Shown here: positions 24,901 to 38,393 of the stretch, in pieces
Position numbering within the stretch: position 1 is the stretch's first letter
How the letters are laid out: each line of letters begins with the position of its first letter
Source: Nymphaea colorata
Taxonomy: Eukaryota
Assembly: GCF_008831285.2 (NCBI RefSeq)
Contig: NC_045138.2
Coordinates: 14,198,001-14,262,000 of the forward strand
Direction: 5' to 3'
DNA length: 64,000 bases
The notes under the pieces: generated by a model
The model's input: the letters and a program-made list of their open reading frames with translations, nothing else
Told to the model about the DNA's origin: nothing
Databases searched by the model: none
Program-made: the position numbers and the translations under genes

Positions 24901-27577
24901 CCAATTCAAGCTTCCTGTTCATTTTCGTAATAGCTGTAGTTTTCTTAATAACTGTAGATGTAACATACTATTATTTTCATTGTCTATGTCCAACCTCTCA
25001 TTCACTACTTTTATGTATTACAATGTTAAAATCAAGATATTCGACTCGACTAGGGAATTTTCAAACTAATTCCAACGTAACGCTGGACTTCTCAACGATT
25101 TGAAATTACCGTCTACTTTTCAACAAATTTATCCCGCCTCCCTATTTCCCAAGGAAACGGCTCGATCCACGTGAATTTTTTTCTCCTCTACCTTCTACCC
25201 TCTCAAATTTTTGATCAAGAAATCAATCTCTCTCTCTCTTTCTGCCATGCACATGCTCATGCTCATGCTACGTCCCTAAGGCCCTCATGGTTTTGCTTCT
25301 TGTTTCTGAAGGTACATTATTGCGGCAGCAGGCAGAGAGCCTCGGTGTGGGCATAAACTACGGGCAGATCGCCAACAACCTACCGTCTCCGTCACGCGTC
25401 GCCGTGCTCCTCCGCTCTCTTGATGTCCGCAAGGTGAAGCTTTACGATGCGGACCCCAACGTTCTGCGGGCCTTTGCCGGCACCAACGTGGAGTTCGTCG
25501 TGGGCATCGGCAACGAGAATGTCGCCAGGATGACCAATCCTTCCCTCGCGCTCAACTGGGTGCAGCTCAACGTTCACCCTTACCTCCCGGCAACCCTCAT
25601 CTCTTGCATCACCGTTGGCAATGAGGTTTTCTCCGGCAATGACACCACCCTCATGGCCAACCTCGTCCCTGCCATGCAGAACATCCACTCCGCTCTAACC
25701 ACCCTCGGCCTCAGTGACCAGGTGATGGTCACCACCGCCCACTCACTCACTGTCCTTTCCAACTCCTACCCGCCTTCCTCCGGCGCCTTCCGCCAGGACC
25801 TCGTCGGATACATCCAACCCCTGCTGAACTTCCATGCCCAGACACAATCCCCTTTCCTCATCAACGCTTACCCTTACTTTGCCTACAAGGGAAGCCCAGA
25901 CCAGGTGTCCCTCGATTACGTCCTGTTCCAGCCCAATCAGGGGACTGTCGACCCCGTCTCAAACCTGCGTTACGATAACATGCTTTACGCCCAAATCGAC
26001 GCCGTCTACACCGCGCTGGCAGCGATTGGGCGGCCGGACTTGCTGGTGAGGATTTCGGAGACCGGCTGGCCATCTAAAGGAGACCCAGATGAAGCTGGAG
26101 CGACGCCGGAGAACGCGGAGATCTACAACGGAAACCTGTTAAAGAGGATTGAGATGAAACAGGGGACGCCGTTGAAGCCCAATATTCCGCTGGACACATA
26201 CGTCTTCGCCCTATTCAATGAAGACCTGAAACCAGGACCTACCTCGGAGAGGAATTATGGCCTATTCCATCCTGATGGCACGCCCGTGTACAATATTGGA
26301 CTTAACGGTGTTCTTCCTGGATACATAAGTTCATATGGGAGGAAATGCCAGGTAAATATGATCACTCAGTTATGATTGCCGTTTTTCCGTTGATTGAGAA
26401 TCTTGAGATCGTCATTTTTTCTTATTCCAAAATGGTTTTTCGGGTCTTGTTTTCCACCTCTGGGCCTGAAAATGGGCTTAGATTGGTTTAACGATTGGAA
26501 TTTGTGTTTGGATCAAGGAGTTCAGTGGAATTGGGAACCAAATGCACTAGTTTTCTCTGTCGTTCGCGGACAAATAGGATGTTAGGCGAAGCTTGCCAAG
26601 TTAATACATTTTATCAAAGGTCCTTTTTTTGCCCTCTATCTGATGCGCAATACAACGTTCGACGGATCGCCGATCCCTTCGCGTCTGGTGATCGTCGTAG
26701 GTTTTATTTGTTGCCGTGAGGTTGCAAACGCTCTTTACTTTTTGTTCCTTCACTTGCCCGATAAAATATAAAAAGCTGGTGTACTTTTTTCTAATTTATA
26801 CGTTGCTTTCAGTATTGGCGGTTCGAGATTGATGTCTTGAGTGTAGATGTCATTTTCTCACTTACTGTGCTCTTTTACTTTTTGCGGTTGATTCACTTTA
26901 AGTTTATTATCGGTGCTGGTTAATTTCTGATTTTTATTTTCTCCGCCTGTGATGTCATTTTCTCATCGTACTGTACTCTTCTACTTTTTGTCGTTGATTC
27001 AGTTTAAGTTTATCGTCGGCGCTGGCAAATTTCTGATTCCTTTTTACCGGTATGACTTGTAACCAAAAGATGGCCGTTTGTTTTGTGTTTGACTTAGATG
27101 ATTTACTAGGTCAACTGGACTGGTTTCATCCCACTCTTTTTTTTTTTCTGGTTCAAACTTAAGGAAGTAGTTTATTCGCTGCTGTTAATTCGCGGTCACA
27201 GCTCTGAATCAAGGCCGAGTTTAACTTTCTCGAATACTTTACCTGTTTGATTATTGAAAAAGTTCATGTTTTGCCACTGTGCCTCGCCTTTGAAATCAAT
27301 ATAAGAGAATCTACATTGCCATGAAAAACCGTGTGCCGTAAAAATAGGTTTCAAGACTTCCCTGTCTTTGATAAAGTAATGCCATCGACTGCTGGTAGGC
27401 TTTTGACTTTTTTCTTTTCTTTCATTTCAAACGCTTTTCATTAATATGGTTTATTTAAAGTTGGATCGGCTTCCAAGTTTGAAATTAGCCTGATATTAGT
27501 CATTTTTTCACTTGGACTCTCTGCAGACAAGTTGGATTTTGGGCATTCTGAGCTTCTTGCTGACGCTGATAATGTGA
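21915..27577 (+). CDS. GH17 glucan endo-1,3-beta-glucosidase (At2g27500/glucanase 14-like), secreted, probably GPI-anchored; first exon uncertain
   Basis: Main exon ~25312-26351: GVGINYGQIANNLPSP, ITVGNEV (acid/base Glu), RISETGWPSKGD (nucleophile Glu), YVFALFNEDLKPGPTSERNYGLF. Last exon 27527-27577 encodes hydrophobic TSWILGILSFLLTLIM*. Putative exon 1 (21915 to 22011 or 22019) encodes signal-like MELATRLRDYCICVVLLGALSPLPLSLSLSEI downstream of a TATA box. An alternative in-frame ATG lies at 25287. Confidence 0.9.
26846..27043. repeat. Diverged ~105-bp tandem duplication in the last glucanase intron
   Basis: GATGTCATTTTCTCA...TTTAAGTTTAT...AATTTCTGATT at 26846 and 26951. Confidence 0.88.
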
Positions 27578-30500
27578 GCAGAAGTACTAGTTACTAGCGG
27601 TAGCTTATAAGGAATTAACTCAAGACTGCAAAGCTTCTGAAAGCTCTATGGACAATTCCCATTCATTGCTCCCACATCCCTGTGCAAGAGATCTCTGCTG
27701 GTGAGTGTAACTCCTATTTTCCAGTCAATCATGGTTTTCAGAAGTTCTATTCTTTGGCACATTCTGCCCCTGCATGCCCACATATTCGGCTTAAAGTTGA
27801 CGGTGAGATGGAAGTTGGTGGAACCCCAGCAAGTTGGCCCCATTTCAGCCTCCCTTCTCTGGTCTAGAAAGGAAAGCGTTCTTGGGGATATGTTAGATGC
27901 CATAGGGAATTTCTGTCAGAACCAAATGAACTCACACCATTAAAATAGCCGCTGAACAAGATTAGATTCTGCGGAAATTTATTAACTTTTCTCTGCGCGG
28001 TCTGTGACGTTCCATCTGGTCCATGTGTTTTTAACTGGTATGACTAGTGGACAACAGCAAGAGGCACCCTATGGCCCATGCAAAAAAATGTGGTGCACAT
28101 TTGGAATCTGGACCCCATTTGCTCTCTTTGTCCGAATGGGATCTTAGCTCAATCGGGAGCGTCGTTCCAAGCACGAGACAAAAGGTGGGGCGTCGCCAAG
28201 GATGTCGCCATTTTGAAGATGATGACCGACGTCTCACCAGAAAGGTAGCTGTAACAAAAAACGAAAATGAACTAGGCTCTGTCTCTCCCTCTCAGTGATA
28301 TGTTGATCATGGTGGTCATGTGGTGCAGATCTGAAGTAATAGACGGCTGAGACGCATAGATTAATCTATAACTACCGAAAAGTCATCTTTTACTTGGTTT
28401 ATTTACCTTGTTCTTACCCAGAAGAAAAGAGAAGGGAAAAAGAGGGTAAGAGAAGGTATGAGCTTGTCTTGCAACCCATGCAGCTCAGGCTTAGGCCTAG
28501 GCCTGAATATCATTATAGACCCCAAGCTAGTTTGTTGAGATTCTTTTCTTGTTAAAACCTAAAACTGGTTCTGCTTTATTCACGTGCATGACGACATCAT
28601 CCCAGACAAACTCATGGTCTCCCCCGCGGCTCCTGCCCCTGTTTCTCAACCTATTCTATTCATAAAAGGAGGTGCTAACTGCTGCTGTCTCATCCCACTA
28701 TTAACTACCGGCTTTACCTTCGCTTTTAGCTCTCCTCGGTGGCTTATGTATTTTACGTTTAAAATATTAGAAACTACCATGATTCTGGAAGGGCATAGAA
28801 TAGAGCCTTGGATGCCCGCTCGTATAAATATTATGCTTTTAATGTATAGATTATTGTTTAGTAACGTAATGGATCTCTCAGAATGAAAGATTGTTTTATC
28901 AATACCACATGGATTATTCACCGGTTTTCATGTTTATGGATTACCGGGATCACTTTTTGACCATCTCCATGTTGACAAAATGTGAATAGCATGCCACTTG
29001 AATTTATATAAGGTGGAGCGCGGCTTATGTATAGATCTCTTTGAAATCCTTGCACACAAACGCGAGTTGAGTTTTAGTTTTGCTGCTAGAAGTTACTGAT
29101 CTCCTGCCTATATTCCGTGCAGGTCGAAAAGTGGCGAGAAGGGAGGAAAGATGGGTTCGATCGTGAAGGCCTGGCAGAGGGAACCTCTGAGGACGGCGGT
29201 TTAGGTGGGGCCGGTTATGTTTTTCTAAAAGGATGCTGCTCTTTGGGAAAAACCACACGGCATGGCGCTGGTTGCCTGCAAAACCCATTCACATCCCAAG
29301 TCGAGGGAAAGAAAAAAGAAGAAAAAAGCAAAGTACTCCGATCTCTGACACAAACGTAGGCACTCAACCGCCTGCTTTAATGGTCTTCTATGGGGCCGCA
29401 CCCCTATGGGAAAACGCAACCTTTTCGGCTCTTTCCTCTACGGAGGCAGGCAGTGCACCGGCCTGCCGATAGAAAAATAGGCTATTACTAGATTTTCCTT
29501 TGCTGAGCTGACCTGGATGTCGGCCGGAATTCTTGCAGTCACATGATGCCAATAGTCTGTAGGAACAGTTTGTATTAATTGTTGTTTGATTCTTTACGAA
29601 ACGGCTGTGCCATTCACATGCACCTCCATTATTTAATTCCATTGATCATTTTGCTCTCAGCTCACTTTACCTGTCCTATAACTCCAGTCTCCGGCTGCAC
29701 GTGAAATGCATATTTTAGGCGCAGAAGCTCTGGCTAAGATGATCTCATCGCCTGACCCAACTGCTTGCGTTTTTTTTTCTTTTCTGTACACCACTTTAAA
29801 GCTGAGCGGTTACCAGCTCAATCCCACTGCAGTTGGATCCACGACCTCCCCATTAATGAAAAAGCGACATGAGAGAGAGATAGATGGTTGGCCTTCCCTT
29901 TTCTCTTCCACTGTGGACGTTTTCTGGATATGGGGAATGATGTGCCCAGCATACAGGATTTCCTTTTATGTGCCAATCAGAAAAAAAAAAAAAAAAAAAA
30001 AACATTAAGAGGAGGTGAGATATGCGTGTATCTCATAAAGCGATTTCTTTTGCCTTTCTGCTTTGGGCATTTTTCTCAGATAAGATAAGATGTCGCTGGA
30101 ATAATACACGAAAGAGATTTTTTACGTGGCTATGGTTTCAACACTAGCGGTTTTCTTCAAAATTGAGATAGGTTTATGGAACAGTGACAAATTATTGTCC
30201 CTGCTAAATGACCCCTTCAATGAAGTTGTAATGAATTGGTTAACATACAAGCTGCTTAAATGGGTAAGGCTGGGCATTATGCCGGGCCGGGCTGGCCAGA
30301 GTCTAGACAAAGCCGGGTTTGGGCAAGCCTGAAGATCTTGTTGGCTGCTCAAGCTCGGCTACTTAGTTATCCATTGGGGCTCGATTGTCATTTTCATACT
30401 TGTTGGGTATCCAGTTTGATGTCTACCCTTATATAAAACTCTTAATCCCTTATTTAAAACTCTTAATATTTTCTTTTCTAATATCTTAAAAGCCTTTGGC

Positions 30501-32110
30501 ATACATCAAACGTTTCTAAGGAGCGCTTAACAAAGTGCCAATACTTTTTCAAAGAAGCCAATGATAACACATCAATTAGTTTCTAAGGGAGTCAACTGCG
30601 GGCATAATTGTGAGAAAAATTATATATATATATATATATATATACGGAATCGCCAAGATCCGACGGTCCAATTGCTGGAAAAGTCACCGGGAACAGAAGC
30701 CGGTCGGCGGTAAAGCCTGACAGGACCTGCGTTGTCTTCTTCCGCCCGATTCTCCCTCAATAGAACTCTGTTTGCCACGATTCAAAGCTCGGATGAAAGC
30801 TAACACGATGAGGATGAGAAGGGGATAGAAATCCCCAAAAGTTACAGGCGAGAGAACAAAAAAAAGTGGAGATGTGAGGTCCAAGTATATATATCGGGGC
30901 TTGTCTTACCTCCATTACCCAACTTGAGCCAGCTCGGCCGGATGAGTTTCTTTTACTACGTAGGCTTGAAGGTGAAACCGTAAGCCAAGCCTGACTCATC
31001 ATGAGCCGTGTAGGATGCCCACACTTAAGAATGGGGCCATAAGGGGAGCCCCATACCAACCATGACAGTGCAAATCCAGTTTGTTTCATCCCGTGAGAAC
31101 GTGAACACTTGAATGGTGGCGCCACCTGTGACAAGCAGACCCTAGTTTGTTCAAGTCTGAACAAGAGCTGCCGCAGTTTACAGACAGGGTGGAAACAGCT
31201 ACCCTTTACCATTTATGACTGCACGAAGTTAGTGTGATATGTTTCAGTCAGGGAATGTGGCCACTGTCCGGTCAGGCCGGGAATGTTGAGCCAAGATAGG
31301 GCAGTTGCCGGCAATCAGCAAATTGATTTATGCAGAAAATCTTTCACTTCAAGGCATCGCTAGAACAGATTACTGGGGATTGAAATGCAGATGAGCTAGT
31401 TTTTATTGTGAATCGGCGTGGATTGAGTATGGCTTCCTGCTGGCTAATTATATGTTCTGCTACATATCAAAACCTAGAACATGGGGAAAATATTGGCACT
31501 TGGCCGTTAGTATCGCATTACCATGTAGGTACTCAGCACAGATACAAACAGCAACAGGCCAACACCAAAACTTAACAGAATGCTTGTTTTCGTTTTAAAA
31601 ACGAGGCGAAAGATTTTTCCCTCTAAAAAAAAGGAAAAAATTTTCCTTGAATTTTTACTGGGAAATGTTCTGCACTGGGCAAATTTTAGAGCTATGTAAA
31701 ATTTTTTCCATCAATCAAACAACCTCCAAAAGATACAAAAAAGCTAACCGTAGCTTGTTCAAGGGTCGGTATATTATGTCAATACTCACCCATAAATTAA
31801 ACGCTCACCAAAATAAATAAATGACGGATTAGGAAAAGGAATAGTTTGTACTAGAGAACCAAGTGAGGCAGGCGTTATTTTCGAAAATAATGACCAATTG
31901 CAGATGGCATTTCATTCCGTAGAAAGATAATATGTTACATTCTCAGGATTCCAGATATCCCAAATAAATCATGACAATTGAATCGATTAAGCAACAACCA
32001 TTTCCAATTGAGATAAAATGATGCCCGCAGAAGAAGTCACGTATTATAGCTGGCATCCACTGTTGCTGCAGAAAGGAGCTTCTTGGAAGAAGAATGAAAA
32101 GGAATATTGT

Positions 32111-35100
32111 CTAAATAGCTCGAAATGCAAGGAGACCTGCAGTTTTTGCAGAGAACTTTTTAGGAAATAGAGAAAGAATAAGCCCACCACGATCAATATA
32201 TAATTTCAGCCTTTGATTCGGTAAAGATTTCTGTCCAAAGCAGTCTGTGTGTTAACGTTCTTCAATTTATGAGCAACGTATTTCATAAGCTTCAATCATT
32301 AACACAGGATCAGCTAATCACATGAAAGCTATTATTCTTGCAGGAGCAAACTACTCCCTTTTACATTTTCAGATTAATCATACTTGAACGTTCAAGTGTT
32401 CAACAAGCACCAATCACAAAGATAGACCAGCTAGATGTCTTAGAAAAGGTGATTTTGTTCAAGTTGGTACCATAATAAGCCGGTCAAATCTGATCACCGT
32501 TATTAACAAGATGGCTGGTTTACAATGGCATTAAGGGTAGACACTGACTATAGACTTCCTCCAATTGGTAGAACCTGCACCTCTTTTGATTCCTACAGCC
32601 TTACTACTAGAGCAATCAAAATATTAGAAGCTGATGAAAAATCTTATTCGGAGGTCCCTTGTAAGTTGGAAGTCAGTAACCCTAGTCAATGGATGAAGAC
32701 AAATGTCACTCAGATAATCGACTCTGGAAGATCCTCGTTGTAGGCCTTACCATTGACAGCCGGTGTCACAGACATCAACTAAGAGAACTAGTGTCAATTA
32801 ATGTGAAGCCATTATTGCTACTTTTGGCTCATCAGTCAGAGTTACTAGCATTCCTGTACACATTTTACTTTAAACAAGCCTGCGCCACCAACCATGTTTG
32901 TTGGGCGCTTCATAACCTCAGACCCTAACCAGTCATAGCTGGTGACAACGTCTTGTCTTGTCTCCTGTACATCTAAATGTACAGCTACATTCAAACCATA
33001 CTAGAGAAAGCATACTAGAGAACTTGTTAGCTCTTTACCGACTACAACGTGACTTTTCCAGTGATGCATATGACCTGAAGCATTTATTGGCAAGCAGTGC
33101 TCAAATAACAAGAAAACAGCTAGAACAGAAACATATGATGAAGGTAATGCTACAGATGCAAATCTAAAATGAGTTGGAGGTAATCAAATATACCAGTTCA
33201 ATAAACATTAACATGGCAATACCACAAACTATATAACTCATAAGACAAGCTTTTCCTACTGATTATGCATATGATCATCAGAACTTGGCTGCCAACTCCC
33301 AAGACGACTGCTACATCCATATCCGGTAGCTTCATTTACACCTTAAAACAAGACGAACTAGTTTTTCTTGTTAACAATTAAAAAGTTCAACATTATTTTC
33401 ATGTTCGAAAGCAATCAGACACTCGTCGCTTTGTGCAAGAGTGCACAAAGGTTTAACAGGCATCTGTAGAGTTTCCTGTAATCTTTCTCAAGAATGATGA
33501 TGATGTAGGTCAGAATTAAAGATCAGCACCAGTAAAGCTTGCTTTATGGCCATGGAAGTAGCCATAAGCGTTCAACATATACAAAGCTCTTTACTGGTTA
33601 TGATTTTTCTTAACAGTTATCACAAAGTCAGAAGCAGCAGTTAATTAACAATGCCACCTCGCTACCAGCATCATTTCAAAGGACAAAGTGCTTTCTGGAA
33701 TGAGAATGGTTTCAGGAGAACCTATAGAAACAAGTCAACAGCAAAAGACTCCCGCAAGGATAAAACAAGCAATCAATTCATTTAATCTTGAAATCATATT
33801 TGACCAAATATAAACTAATATATCCCTGTGTAAGAAGTGCAAAGAGAAATACAAAATATAATATTCATTAGACAGCATCCAACCAATCATTGACAGGCTT
33901 TATTATTCCAACACCAGCCATGTTCAATGAACTTGCAGGTTTAACATGACTCCAAACGTTTCAACTTAAGCATCAAGCAAACTCGTTGGTCTAAAATTAT
34001 TAGCTTTTTCCTTCAGAAAACATTTCACAGTAACAAGTGTAATATAGTGATAAGAAATTCATTCCTGTGAGCAGAAGACTCCCGCAAGGATAAAACAAGC
34101 AATCAATTCATTTAATCTTGAAATCATATTTGACCAAATATAAACTAATATATCCCTGTGTAAGAAGTGCAAAGAGAAATACAAAATATAATATTCATTA
34201 GACAGCATCCAACCAATCATTGACAGGCTTTATTATTCCAACACGAGCCATGTTCAATGAACTTGCAGGATTAACATGACTCCAAAAGTTTCAACTTAAG
34301 CATCAAGCAAACTCCTTGGTCTAAAATTATTAGCCTTTTTCCTTCAGAAAACATTTCACAGTAACAAGTGTAATATAGTGATAAGAAATTCATTCCTGTG
34401 AGCAGTCAGATGTTAACCTTTTTGTTAACAAGATAATCTGTCCCGGCCTAAAAATTATTTGACAGAGAAACTACAAAATTTGTGTAACACCTTTAAATGC
34501 ATTGGATAACCTCTAAATGTATGATCATTTTTTTGCAGTAGCTTATCGGTGCTCACCTCAATTCAAGAAAAAAGGCATTGGATATATTACCAGTCCTTTT
34601 GGAATGGCATCACTAATAAATGGTTTCATTTATTAAACATTGGATAAATTGGTGATTAAACCAGATCGTTTGCCGTCATCTGTTTCTGACCTGTTCATAG
34701 AATAGGCCCAAGATATTTTGGTCTTTATGTTTAACCAAACAGTCAGCCATGTCTTGCTAAACACAAAATGAACTATATAAAAAGAATAAATAAATAAATA
34801 GAGAAAAAATGTATTAAGCAGCAATTCCTAATATAAGCAACTAATTATTCTGAATGATGCATACCTATAACTCCAAGTGTGATGAATACCATTGGTGTTA
34901 CACGTACAGGAAATTGTTTGTATCGAAGAAAGTTATGAATCCTCTGAAATTTCCTTTGGAGAGAGCCAGTCCATATTCGTGGCAGCATGACACTTATCAG
35001 GCCCTGCACATGATGTATTTTGACCAAAACAAAATTAGGACGCCAATCACAGTGATGCACATTAGGATTGGAAGACAAACAACGAAAGTTCTACCAATGG

Positions 35101-38025
35101 TTCAAATGCAAATATAGCACCAATCCCAGAGAACAAACCTAGGATAACTAAGTATGTTAAAGTTCTCAGAAATCCAAACAAATCTGGATTTTCATCCAAT
35201 ATTGTTTGTTCAAGAATGGGTCGATCTAGTTTTGAACTGATATCTCCACCTGACTCATTTACATTATATCCATGCCACCAACTAGAACAGTAAAACCTCT
35301 AAGCCCAACTTGAAAGAAAAAAGTTCACAAGATTAAATAAGAAATGAATTGTGTTATAAAACAGCAAGTCCTTCAATAGTGTCAAAGTGCCTTTCTCAAG
35401 CAACCTAAATTGGTGTTTGTTTTGAAAAACAAAGTGCTACCACAGACTGTCCAGGTTGAAGATCAAAATGCTCCAGACTGAGTACTTCCGTGTAGATATT
35501 TCTGTCAAGTTAGAGTGAATCATTTCCTTTAACATTGTATAATTGAGGAGCTTCATAGAGGTGAGACGTATCAAATTACCTAGCATCAAGAGTGGGAACC
35601 TGAATGGCAAATGACCAACTCAGATGTTAAAAGCATCCCCTATTATGTTTCTTGAGCTCATGCCCTGTGCCACAAGCATTTTTCTTGAATCATTCTCAGT
35701 ACACCTCTAGTATTTCTAAGCCTTTAAGAAAGCATTGCTGGATTCAGGACATCAACATTTTTAAGAAACGAAGGATACACACAATCATTTAGTATTCTAC
35801 TTTGTAGATACCTATAAAGCTCCTATAATGACTCATTAGTCAATTTTCAGAAAATCTGCCTGAGCATGCATGTTTCAGTTACGTGTTATTTGTGCTTCTT
35901 GCTGGGTCATGTGCAACACTTTTTTTCATTCCATCTAACAGCAAATGCCATGTCATGACTTCTAAAAATGTCTTGCCAACTAAAAAGACACTTGCCGTCA
36001 TTTAATGAAACAAAAGTAGCTTGCTTTCATCATCATCCAACTAACACAATGTACATTGGTTTTCCTCTTTAAACAAACATCATCTTCCAATAATGAAGAA
36101 GAAACCACATAGTCATCCAGAAAATGTGCATAGTCAATAGATAATGCACGACTTCCATTGAATATGACAAGATCCAGTCATTTTTCCTTTACATGCATGA
36201 AATTTTCCCTTCATCATTTACAACTTTTTTCTCAAGCTGCTAAAAGTTTACCATGTTAATCCAAATAATTGTGTAAGCAACTACAAATCACAAATTCAAC
36301 TAATAATACCATCAATTGGTTTTATAAATTCTGGAACAATTATTATGTAAACAGACAAAAAGAACATGTACTGCATATATAGTTACAATTATCTACGTTT
36401 TCAATGTGCCTACAATGTAGCAGCAGGTGGATTGCCAGTTGGTGTGTATTATTTGATGAGAATACAATATGGTATGGACCAACCAGAGTGCGGTAAAAGT
36501 GACCTGCTCATTGAAAATGCCAGTAGCTGAAGATGATGGAATTTGTGCAACATCCAATACATAGTCATGACTCGTCTCACCATCTTTCCTTCGTTTAATG
36601 AAACTCCTAGACATCTTAGCTCCATTTGTTGGATTCAAGTAGCTTAGGAGACCCCGAAGATCCACCCTGCTTCGGAATGATTTCAACCTGTTCTTAGTAC
36701 TACCAGTTCCTTCCATGTCCCATGTCCTGGAATCTGTATAAATACCATGGTTTGTACCCTGGAAGAAACCATTCACCTGCTCATTACTCTTTTGCTCTCC
36801 ATTACAATTCATTTCTGAAGAAGCCTGAGACGCTGCAACCTGGTTCTGGTCCAAATAATTAAGATGTGGGGCACTCTTAGACTGAATCCCGTAGTCTGAA
36901 TGCCTAAGAAACTTGGTATCATGGCAGATGTTCTCTTCATAGTTATGTGTCTCATCGACTTTCAGCTCAATTATTTCATCACTTCCATCATCCAAACCAG
37001 AGGCAGTGGGCTCATATGGGGATGCTCTAAGGTTACTTCTATCTGTATCATAACTCACAGATTCTGATGAATCACCACCGCACAGGAATAGAGCCAGCTG
37101 GTCCCTATCTTGTTCATTCAAGTTGACCCACTGATTGTCACCGTTGCCATTTTGGATGGATGATTGCCGCAGGTTTTGCTCCATAAGAGTTATTTGCTCA
37201 CGAATTGCTTTGATAAACTGGCTATGTCTGGATACAGAATCTGTATTGAGGCTTACGTTATGGAAGACAGATGATAAACCAACGGCCCTCTCAAAGTCCT
37301 CCAACTGGACAACAAGGATATAAGTCAAAACGAGGTTCGTCATTCTTGCAGGCAAAAGCAACAAGAAGAGATTATATTCACAACGATCACCTGCCATTTG
37401 GTCGTCCCAAGGGCAGTAAGGAGATCTCTCCGGTGAAATTCTATCGAATTGAGCAGTTTTTGGTCAGCAGGTTCATCCCCAAGAAGGCTTTGCTCATGTA
37501 GAAGAGTTCTAAAAGCAGACTCCATCCTGAGAATGCATAAGACTGGCCTCAGAATTTTGCTTTTGGTTGCTCTTTCAATTACATATACCAATGAAGCTGA
37601 TCAATTATACCTTTATAGATTAAAAAAGAAAAAAAAGCATAAACACAGACGCGCACACATATATAGGGCTTCCTAGAAGACACCGACTGCCAACCCGGGG
37701 GCTCGGATATAACTGTTCATATGAATTTATGACCAGCAAACCGGCAATCTAAATTTCGTTTCTGGGCAGAAGATCAATGACAGAATAAATTCACCCCCAA
37801 CAAGCATCTTTAAAGGGGAAAAATAATGCATCTAAGAGAAACCCTAGAAATCAACCAAGAAAAAGCCTCAATCCCTAGAAACCATCAAACACCAAAATAT
37901 CCCATCTTCACCAAAGGAAATAGAAAAAGAGAGCGACGAAGCGCAAACCTGTCTGCCGAGTCTTGCACGATTTCCGCGGCGGAGAACAAAGGGTCTCTCT
38001 CCCATCTCTGAAGATTACCCGCCAT
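32111..38025 (-). CDS. Syntaxin-6 N-terminal-domain protein with C-terminal transmembrane anchor (At1g27700-like); 5 exons, ~392 aa
   Basis: Exons 38025-37949, 37526-37391, 37304-36504, 35003-34865, 32136-32111 join in frame. N-terminus [27 protein letters not shown]...[37 protein letters not shown]-terminus [11 protein letters not shown]...[17 protein letters not shown]. Confidence 0.87.
33745..34405. repeat. Recent ~330-bp tandem duplication in intron 4 of the syntaxin-6-N gene
   Basis: Copies 33745-34074 and 34075-34405 (AAGACTCCCGCAAGG...CCTGTGAGCAG) differ at only a handful of positions. Confidence 0.97.
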
Positions 38026-38393
38026 ATCTATCGACACCAATAGTAGAAATGACAACGGAAGCCCAACCCGATGCCAAAAACTCAAAATCACGATGCCCAA
38101 CCTGATTAAGAAGGAGAAACACCTATTCTTCCATTACAAACCCCATCAACAGGGTCTACCATTAAATTTCACAGATCATTCTCCCATGAAACCCCTTCCT
38201 TCTTTCCTTCTATCAAGAAATCCGCGTCATTGAGTAAGAGGAGAAGGCTTCAACTTTCGGGAACAGACGCCGTTGTCGGCATGACCACGACGGCCTGGCG
38301 GGAAGGGATGGAATGATTGGCGCCTTTCCAGAAAGATTGTTACGAATAAGCGACGAATAAAAGTACAACTAGTGGAATTTTCGGGTGCGCAAC

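Noticed and set aside
24578..25103. 163-aa and 83-aa ORFs upstream of the glucanase main exon
   Set aside because: Non-ATG starts, AT-rich intron-like composition and no motifs; they lie within the probable first intron.
31285..31315. miR169-like sequence TGAGCCAAG...TTGCCGG
   Set aside because: The centre disagrees with miR169 and I found no complementary star arm nearby.
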